From an uncultured Gemmatimonadaceae bacterium (lineage in GTDB: Bacteria; Gemmatimonadota; Gemmatimonadetes; Gemmatimonadales; Gemmatimonadaceae), in contig CAVVTZ010000003.1 in assembly GCA_963751275.1 (NCBI GenBank), positions 1 through 60,213 on the forward strand: a DNA stretch of 60,213 nucleotides. The letters are read 5' to 3'. Position numbers and translations under genes: made by a program. The notes beneath the pieces are model-generated. The model saw nothing but the letters and a program-made list of their open reading frames with translations, searched no databases and was not told the DNA's origin. Positions 53,404-60,213 of this stretch are shown in pieces. Numbering within the stretch: the stretch's first letter is position 1; each line of letters opens with the position of its first letter.

Positions 53404-54474
53404 ATGACGTCGATCCGCGTGCGCCCGCTCTCGCTGCTGCTGGCCGTTGCAACAGTCACCGCCGCGCATGCCCAGGCGACCACGTCCTCCGTGCACGCGA
53501 AGGCGGGCACGCCGGCGCACACGCCCGGCAGCACATCGAGCACGACGGCGTCGTCGACGGCGGGTGCGACGAGCGCCGCCGCGACCGCGACGATGCCACC
53601 GAACGTCCTGGCGATGAACCCGTCGGCGATGGTGAACGTGAACGGCAAGCAGGTGAGCGCCGGATCCGTGCAGGCGGAGGTCAAGGCGCAGATCCACAAG
53701 CAGGCCGGGCCGCCCAGCGTGATGAAGCTCTCCTCCGGCAAGCGGCCGCCCGCGATGCTCACTGGTTCCACGGTGCACGGGGCCGCGTCGTCGACTGAAA
53801 TGCACAACTCGGAAATGCCCAAGGTGCTCGACTGCGCCAAGTCGCAGCCCACCATCTTCCGCGTGACGGGTTCCATGTCGCCGGGCAAATCCTTCATGCT
53901 GGAGGGATACTGCTTCGGCGATCAGATCGGCACGGTGAAGATCAACGGCGCGTTCCCCGCCGGTGCGCCGCAGCTCGTGTTCACGCAGTGGCAGGGCGGG
54001 AAGATCAAGATCACGGTGCCGGCGGTCTCGGGCGCCGCCGACCAGCAGGTGTACGTCTCGGTCGTGACCACGAACAAGCGCGAATCAGCGGCCAAGCCGA
54101 TCGCCTTCTTCGCCACGCGTTCGCGCGTGGAAGTGCCGGCCCACTACTGGACGCCGGGCACGCACTACGAGAAGACGTGGGACAACCTCGCCACGAAGAC
54201 GCCCGCGGAGACGAGCCCCACGCCGATGAGCGTGACGGTGAATCCCGCCTGTGCGCTGAGCGACATGACGTCCACCGCGACGGTGGGCAAGGTCACCGCG
54301 ATCAACGGATGGTCCGACGGTCCGCCCAACGTGAGCAATGTGCAGATCGCGTGGAATCCGCAGATCACCATCACGAACATCACCATAGGATTCCACGTGG
54401 CCGGCTGGGAGGTCGGCAGTGTCGCCTTCGACGTAAAGGCGTGGGCGGATTGCCCGGTGGGGGTCGCGCCGTAA
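53404..54474 (+). CDS. Secreted protein with IPT/TIG-like domain, paralogue 1
   Basis: Signal peptide, Ser/Thr-rich linker, 'PG..F.LEGYCFGDQIGTV...W....I...VP', C-terminal 'FDVKAWADCPVG'. Confidence 0.75.
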   Translation: MTSIRVRPLSLLLAVATVTAAHAQATTSSVHAKAGTPAHTPGSTSSTTASSTAGATSAAATATMPPNVLAMNPSAMVNVNGKQVSAGSVQAEVKAQIHKQAGPPSVMKLSSGKRPPAMLTGSTVHGAASSTEMHNSEMPKVLDCAKSQPTIFRVTGSMSPGKSFMLEGYCFGDQIGTVKINGAFPAGAPQLVFTQWQGGKIKITVPAVSGAADQQVYVSVVTTNKRESAAKPIAFFATRSRVEVPAHYWTPGTHYEKTWDNLATKTPAETSPTPMSVTVNPACALSDMTSTATVGKVTAINGWSDGPPNVSNVQIAWNPQITITNITIGFHVAGWEVGSVAFDVKAWADCPVGVAP

Positions 54475-54555
54475 CGGCCTAACGGCGGGCTGTCGGCTTT
54501 CGGCTGTCGCCTACGAACTGCTCGCGAATCCAGAACCCATTCGAGGAACGCATTC

Positions 54556-55623
54556 ATGACGTCGATCCGTGTGAAGTCGCTCTCGCTGCTGCTGGCCGCT
54601 GGGACCGTCACGTTGGCGCAGGCCCAGGCGACGAGTACTGGCGTCCACCCGAAGGCCGGCACGCCCGCGTCGTCGCCCACGGCGACGTCAGCGCCTTCGC
54701 AGACGTCGCACATGTCGACCTCGACCGCGACGACGAAGCTGCCGGCCGGCGTCATGACGATGTCGCCCAATACGATGATCACGGTCGGCGGCAAGCAGGT
54801 GTCGGCCGGCTCGGTGCAGAGCGACGTCAAAGCGCAGATCCGGAAGGCGGCCGGCCCGCCGACGCTCATGCATGTCGCATCGAATAAGCGGCCGAGCGTG
54901 CATCCCAATACGTCGATGACGCACGCGTCGGCGAGCGGTGCCACCAGCCTGGGGCCGGCCGCGATCTCGCATATCCAGGATTGCGCGACGGCACCGCCGG
55001 TGATCACCAAGGTGCAGGGGAAGATGACGCCCGGGCAGACGATCACGCTCACCGGCGGCTGCTTCGGCGACCAGCCGGGCGAAGTGAAGCTCAATGGTCT
55101 CTTTCCCGCAGGCGCGCCGCAGCTCGCGAAGACGCGTTGGACGAACGGGCAGATCCAGCTCGCCGTGCCGGCCGTGACCGGCGCGGCGAACCAGCAAGTA
55201 TTCCTCACGATCGTGAACGAGCACCACCACGAATCGCCGGCCAAAGCCGTCAACTTCGTCGCCACGAACCACCGCGTCGAGGTGCCCGCGTCGTACTGGC
55301 ACGCGTTCTCGCATTTCGAGTCCCAATGGCAGGACACCAACGACCCGCCGGCGAAGGCGAATACGAGCCCGACGCAGTTCGACGTGACCGTGAACCCCGC
55401 CTGCGCGCTCGACAACATGGACACGAACGCGGCGGTCGGGCGTGTCACCGCGATCACCGGCTGGGCGGAGGGCCCGCCGAACACCGCCACCGTTCAGGTC
55501 GCCTGGCATCCGCAGACCACGGTCATCACGCACTTCGGCATCGTCTCAAGTACGTCGGTGTTCGAGGCGATGACCTTCGATGTTCGAGCCTGGGCGAACT
55601 GCCCGGCGGGCATCGACCCCTAG
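54556..55623 (+). CDS. Secreted protein with IPT/TIG-like domain, paralogue 2
   Basis: Colinear with 53404-54474 from 'MTSIRV' to 'CP.G..P'. Confidence 0.75.
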   Translation: MTSIRVKSLSLLLAAGTVTLAQAQATSTGVHPKAGTPASSPTATSAPSQTSHMSTSTATTKLPAGVMTMSPNTMITVGGKQVSAGSVQSDVKAQIRKAAGPPTLMHVASNKRPSVHPNTSMTHASASGATSLGPAAISHIQDCATAPPVITKVQGKMTPGQTITLTGGCFGDQPGEVKLNGLFPAGAPQLAKTRWTNGQIQLAVPAVTGAANQQVFLTIVNEHHHESPAKAVNFVATNHRVEVPASYWHAFSHFESQWQDTNDPPAKANTSPTQFDVTVNPACALDNMDTNAAVGRVTAITGWAEGPPNTATVQVAWHPQTTVITHFGIVSSTSVFEAMTFDVRAWANCPAGIDP

Positions 55624-55663
55624 GAACGAGCGACGGCCGACGCCGACGGTGGACGTCCCGCCG

Positions 55664-56788
55664 TTATTGCTTCTCGCTCACCGTGTACAGCGACTGCATC
55701 CCCGCAATGAGATGCGGCCCCACGTGGCAATGGTAGAGCCACGTGCCCGGATCATCCGGCACCATGTCCGCGATGATCATGCCCATCGTCGTGAGGCTCA
55801 GCACGTCGGTGCGCATGTGGTTGGCCACGACGGTATTCCCGTGCCAATGCGGCGCGTGCACCTGGAAGTTCGCGTCGGCCAGCGTGTACCACCGCACGCG
55901 CTCGCCCACCTTCATCACCGGGATCGGCCCGTTCCCGTACACGAAGCCGTTCATCGTCTCCTTCAGATTGCTGGCGTAGAACGGATCGGCGAAATCGCCG
56001 GGGCGCGCCTTCTTCACGGTCGCCGGCTTGAGCGCGTACGTCTTGATGTTCTCGTCGAAGTACGGACTCGCGTTCTCGTCCATTTCGAGGAAGCCGGTGA
56101 TGAATTCGCGGTCCACATCCTTCGGTGAGCCATCCGGCTTCGCCTCGCCGCGCGCCGTCACGATGATCGGGCCCACGAGGCCCGTGTTGAGGTCCGCATC
56201 CTCGGCGACGTGCGAGTGGTACATCCAGAGCACCGACGAACCGTCGCCCGGCGCCGGACCCGCGCGGTCCGGCACCGGCCACACGTACGTCGTCGTGCCG
56301 CCGGGCTGCACTACGCCCCCGCTGTTGTCCTTCGTCCCATCCGCATACGACGCGCCCTCGGAGGCCTTCGCGTAGAACACGCCGTGCGGATGCATGCTGA
56401 AGGGCAGGTGCCCGTTGTTCCGGAAGATCACCTTGATCGTGTCGCCGACTTCGGCGCGCAGGAGCGGCCCGAGGATGCCGAGATGCTCCCACTCGGGCGG
56501 GCGCGGCTTGAGCGTCTTGAACGTCGAGTCGGTGTACTCGCGATAGACGGCCTTCTTGTAGGTGGTGCCGAGCCGGTCGGGACCGCGGCCGACGAACTGA
56601 TTCTCGAGGGGCCCAAAGGGCTTGCCGGTGATCTTGTTCATCCCGGAGGGTGCATAGTTCCAAGCGATCTCATCGGCGGCGACGTAGTAGATGCGCGTGT
56701 GCGGTCCGCCTTGCGGAGCGCACCCCGCGGCGAGGGAGACGGCGAGCGCGAGCGACAGGCGGATGGTGCGAGTGGAGAAGAGTGGCAT
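55664..56788 (-). CDS. Two-domain multicopper oxidase lipoprotein (type B pattern, ceruloplasmin-like sequence)
   Basis: Lipobox 'LAAGC'; 'SMHPHG', 'WMYHSH', 'HAPHWHG', 'WLYHCHVGPHLIAGM'. Confidence 0.9.
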   Translation of the reverse strand: MPLFSTRTIRLSLALAVSLAAGCAPQGGPHTRIYYVAADEIAWNYAPSGMNKITGKPFGPLENQFVGRGPDRLGTTYKKAVYREYTDSTFKTLKPRPPEWEHLGILGPLLRAEVGDTIKVIFRNNGHLPFSMHPHGVFYAKASEGASYADGTKDNSGGVVQPGGTTTYVWPVPDRAGPAPGDGSSVLWMYHSHVAEDADLNTGLVGPIIVTARGEAKPDGSPKDVDREFITGFLEMDENASPYFDENIKTYALKPATVKKARPGDFADPFYASNLKETMNGFVYGNGPIPVMKVGERVRWYTLADANFQVHAPHWHGNTVVANHMRTDVLSLTTMGMIIADMVPDDPGTWLYHCHVGPHLIAGMQSLYTVSEKQ

Positions 56789-56929
56789 GGATCGGACCTC
56801 GATGTAGGCGAGACGCGGGGTACGATACAGCGCGCGGGGTGGGGCACAAGCATACCGCGAACGGCAGTCCTTCCCTCTCGCGACCGCCCCCTCCCCCGCA
56901 TACTTTAACGTGTTCTAACGCGGACCCAC

Positions 56930-58465
56930 ATGGCCAGTTCGGTCGAGAAGCTGCAGGCAGCGATCGCAGGACGGTACGCGATCGAGCGCGAGCTCGGCCG
57001 CGGCGGCATGGCCACCGTGTACCTCGCGCACGACGTGAAGAACGATCGCGAGGTCGCGATCAAGGTGCTGCTCCCCGAGGTCGGCGTCGCGCTCGGCCCC
57101 GAGCGCTTCAAGCGCGAGATCGACATCGCCACGAAGTTCAGCCATCCGCACGTGCTCCCGCTCTACGACTCGGGCGACGCGGATGGCCAGCTGTTCTACG
57201 TCATGCCCTTCGTGGAGGGCGAGTCGCTGCGCGGCAAGCTCGACCGCGAGAAGCAGCTGTCCGTGCCCGAGGCCGTGCGCATCGCCGCCGAGGTGGCCGA
57301 CGCGCTCGATTACGCGCATCGCCAGGGCGTGGTGCACCGCGACATCAAGCCCGAGAACATCCTGCTCGAGGATGGCCACGCGCTCGTGGCCGACTTCGGC
57401 ATCGCGCGCGCCGCCGCGGCCGCCGGCGAAGAGAAGCTGACGCAGACGGGCGTCACGCTCGGCACGCCGGTGTACATGAGCCCCGAACAGGCGATGGCCG
57501 ACAAGGGGATCGACGGTCGCGCCGACATCTACAGTCTCGGGTGCGTGCTGTACGAGATGCTGAGCGGCAATCCGCCCTTCGTCGGCCCCACGGCGCAGGC
57601 GATCCTCGCGCGCCACGCGCTCGACCAGGTGCCGTTGCTCACGATCGTGCGCAACGCGATCCCCGACGAGGTCGAGGACGTGGTGCTCAAGGCGCTGGAG
57701 AAGGTGCCGGCCGACCGTTTCCAGACGGCGCGCGAGTTCGCCGACGCGCTGCGCGCGCCGCACAGTCCCGCGGGCGCGCGGCGTTCGACCGGCGGCCGTC
57801 AGCGGACCGGCGAACGCACCGGGCAGCGCGGCCGCGGCGCCGCGCCCAAGAGCAAGGCCACGATGTGGATCGCGATCGGCGCGGTGGCGGTCGTCGCGGT
57901 GGCCGGCTTCTTCGGCTGGCGCGCCACGAAGGGGCGCGGCGGCGCGTCCGCCGCCGGCGGCCTCGACCCGCGCCGGATCGCGGTGCTCTACTTCACCGAC
58001 GCGACGCGCGATTCGAGCCTCGGCTTCCTCGCCAGCGGGCTCACCGACGGATTGATCTCCCAGCTCGGCCGCGTGGACGGGCTGAGCGTTGTGTCGCAGG
58101 GCGGCGTGAGCGCGTACCGCGGCAGTGCGCTGCCGGCGGACAGCATTGCGCGTGTGCTCGAGGCGGGCACGCTCGTGCGCGGCACCGTGGAGCGGGAAGG
58201 GGACAAGGTGCTCGTGAACGTGAAGCTCCTCGACGGCACCAGCGGCGCGGACTTCCAGCGCGCGAGCTTCGAGCTGCCCGCGAAGAACATCACCGCGATC
58301 CGCGACACGCTCACGGTGCAGGTGGCGCGGCTCATCCGTTCGCGGCTGGGCGATGAGGTGAAGCTCCGCGACGACCGCGCCGGCACCGACAACGCCGACG
58401 CGTGGGCGATGCTCGAGCGCGCGAAAGAGCTCGAGCGCACCGGGACGGCCGCGATGGGCGCGGGC
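56930..58465 (+). CDS. Ser/Thr kinase with TM helix and TolB-N-like domain; appears truncated at a junction near 58465
   Basis: 'YAIERELGRGGMATVYLA', 'HRDIKPEN', 'DFGIAR', 'GTPVYMSPE', 'IAVLYF..LASGLTDGLI..L', 'GTDNADAW'; read-through to 58873 is not protein-like. Confidence 0.88.
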
Positions 58466-58617
58466 GCCCACACCGGCCAGCGCCCGTCCGCCGGCGTGTC
58501 GGCAGTGGTCCAAGGATCGGCGGCGCCCCCGCGGACGTCCGTCGAGACGGCGTCCAACGCCGCCGATCCCTGGCCGAATGGCACGAGCGGACGGCTCGCA
58601 TCGGACCGGCTCGTCAC
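58466..58617 (-). CDS. Possible 5' fragment of a gene divergent from the S8 protease, cut at the junction
   Basis: GGGAGG then GTG 58617, 'MTSRSDASRPLVPF...GRWPVW'; identity not determinable. Confidence 0.3.
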
Positions 58618-58968
58618 GGCGCCGGTCCCTCCCGATGGGCCCCCACCCGCCGTCGCCTCGTGCCATCGAGGTGCCTCGTCACTGCCCTGTCCCCCGAGCA
58701 GGGCAGTGACGGTGGCCGACGCGACGGAGGGTGCTGGCAGGCGGTGTCTGTGCGTCCATGCCCACCCCTTTCCGTTGGCGTCGTTCGGGGGACAGGAGCA
58801 GGTCGGCGGGCGGCTGATACGTGGGCCTACTTGCGATCGCCGCGGTATCAGCGGGTGGGCACGGCTCTCCTGACATGCGATAGGAGAACGTCGTAACAGC
58901 CTGGTGATCGCCCCACGAGCGCCATAGGCTCGGGCTCGGAGAAGTCCGGACCCTCCCCAGAAGAAAAG

Positions 58969-60213
58969 GTGCCCATGGACACGCCTGATCAGCCGAACAG
59001 TCGAGCCGCGGCCCCGTCGTCAGACACCCCCCGGCAGCGGCGCCTGCCGACGCGTGCCCGAGGACATCCTGCACCGTTACAACGCCCGCGTCCTGGACCC
59101 GTCGACCGCGCCGCGCGAACCCGGGTCAGCCGATGTTCCGGTCGACCGTCTACATCGCCGACCGACTGCATCCTCAACGGCGGGGCGAGCGCCGAGACCC
59201 GCCAGGCGCTGGTAGCATGCCGCCGAGCGCAACGGCGCCGGCGTCATCTTCGAGGACGAGCCCGACCGGCCGCCGCGGAGCCACGCGCTCGCCCGCCGCC
59301 GGCGGGACTCGGTGACAAGCCGAGCCTGTTCTCACGACCGTACGATTCGTGCCCACTGGCACCGGACCGGCGGCCCCGCCCGACGCGTGGCACATCCTGC
59401 AGACGTTCCGCACGATCGTGACGCGCGACAGCGCGAACGTCGGCGCGTCGCCCTCGACCACCTGATCGGCGCGACCCCGTACGTCAGCGGCGTTCCGTTC
59501 ATCGGTGGCGTGCCGTTCATCGGTGGCGTGCCGTTCATCGGCGGTGTGGGGACGGCAGGTGGCGGCTCGTCGCAGTATGCGCTCCCCGGGTACGGCGGTC
59601 GCGCGCCAGTGAACTGGATCGGACCGGAGCCCGCCCGACGTCGCGGACGCAGACATGCCGTGCCGGCGCCCAGTCGTCGTCGTCCTCGACACCGGCACGG
59701 GCACCCACCCCTGGTTGGGTCCAGACATCGTGGACCGCAACGGCCAGGTGCGAGGGACGCCGCTCGGGACTGCAGGATCCGCTCACCAATCCCGAAGAGA
59801 CGGGCATCGTCGACGACCCGTTCGAAGGCATCCTCGACTCTGATGCCGGACACGGCACGTTCATCGCCGGCCTGATCCGCCAGACCTGCCCCGATGCGCA
59901 CATCCTGTCGGTGTGCGTCATGTCCAGTGACGGGGCAGTCGCCGAGAGCGCGCTGCTCGACGCGCTGAGACTGCTCGTCATCCGCCAGCACGACGCCCAG
60001 GTCAGCGGAAACGCCGCAGACATCGTGGACGCCCTGTCGCTGTCCCTCGGGTACTACCACGAGCAGCCCGACGACATCACCTTCGACCCTGCGCTCCTGC
60101 AGCCGCTACAGGAACTCGGAGCCATGGGCGTTGCGGTCACCGTCTCCGCCGGAAACGACGCAACGTCCCGGCCGTTCTTCCCAGCCGCGTTCGCGCCGTA
60201 TACCGAGGGAGTA
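58969..60213 (+). CDS. S8 subtilisin-like serine protease (frameshifted, runs off window)
   Basis: Catalytic Asp 'VVVVLDTG', His 'DAGHGTFIAGLI', 'LSLSLGYY', oxyanion 'SAGND', 'FFPAAF'. Confidence 0.88.
59489..59542 (+). repeat. 18-bp tandem repeat encoding (GVPFIG)x3
   Basis: ggcgttccgttcatcggt ggcgtgccgttcatcggt ggcgtgccgttcatcggc. Confidence 0.9.

Noticed and set aside
58466..58873. Novel C-terminal domain of the kinase
   Set aside because: Read-through past the junction with non-coding-like composition

Overview
A GC-rich bacterial window that looks like a three-part mosaic, with many single-base frameshifts typical of an imperfectly polished long-read assembly. (1) 1-~6205: part of a Trb/P-type conjugative T4SS operon (virD4/traG C-terminus, RHH protein, an unknown gene, trbB-C-D-E-J), cut off where trbK/trbL would follow. 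(2) ~6205-~58465: a chromosomal segment with a Gemmatimonadota/Acidobacteriota-like gene repertoire (taxon inferred from gene content). It carries three VPS10/BNR beta-propeller proteins, an MFS plus nitrobindin pair, two unusual multicopper oxidases, a duplicated-type ABC permease, PadR, an RND efflux operon, an orphan Hcp-like protein with a signal peptide, a globin, two Ser/Thr kinases, an M28 peptidase, otsA-otsB-GH15, OsmC, a Tat class V aminotransferase and a tandem pair of secreted paralogues. (3) ~58465-60213: a different-looking segment with an S8 subtilase. Both junctions cut genes mid-ORF. The most notable signals are two families of ~150-350 bp intergenic palindromes that each bracket a single gene, the signal-peptide-bearing orphan Hcp, a four-domain multicopper oxidase with reversed copper-motif order, and a LolA-like/VPS10 fusion. 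No CRISPR array, integrase, transposase, rRNA or tRNA was recognised.
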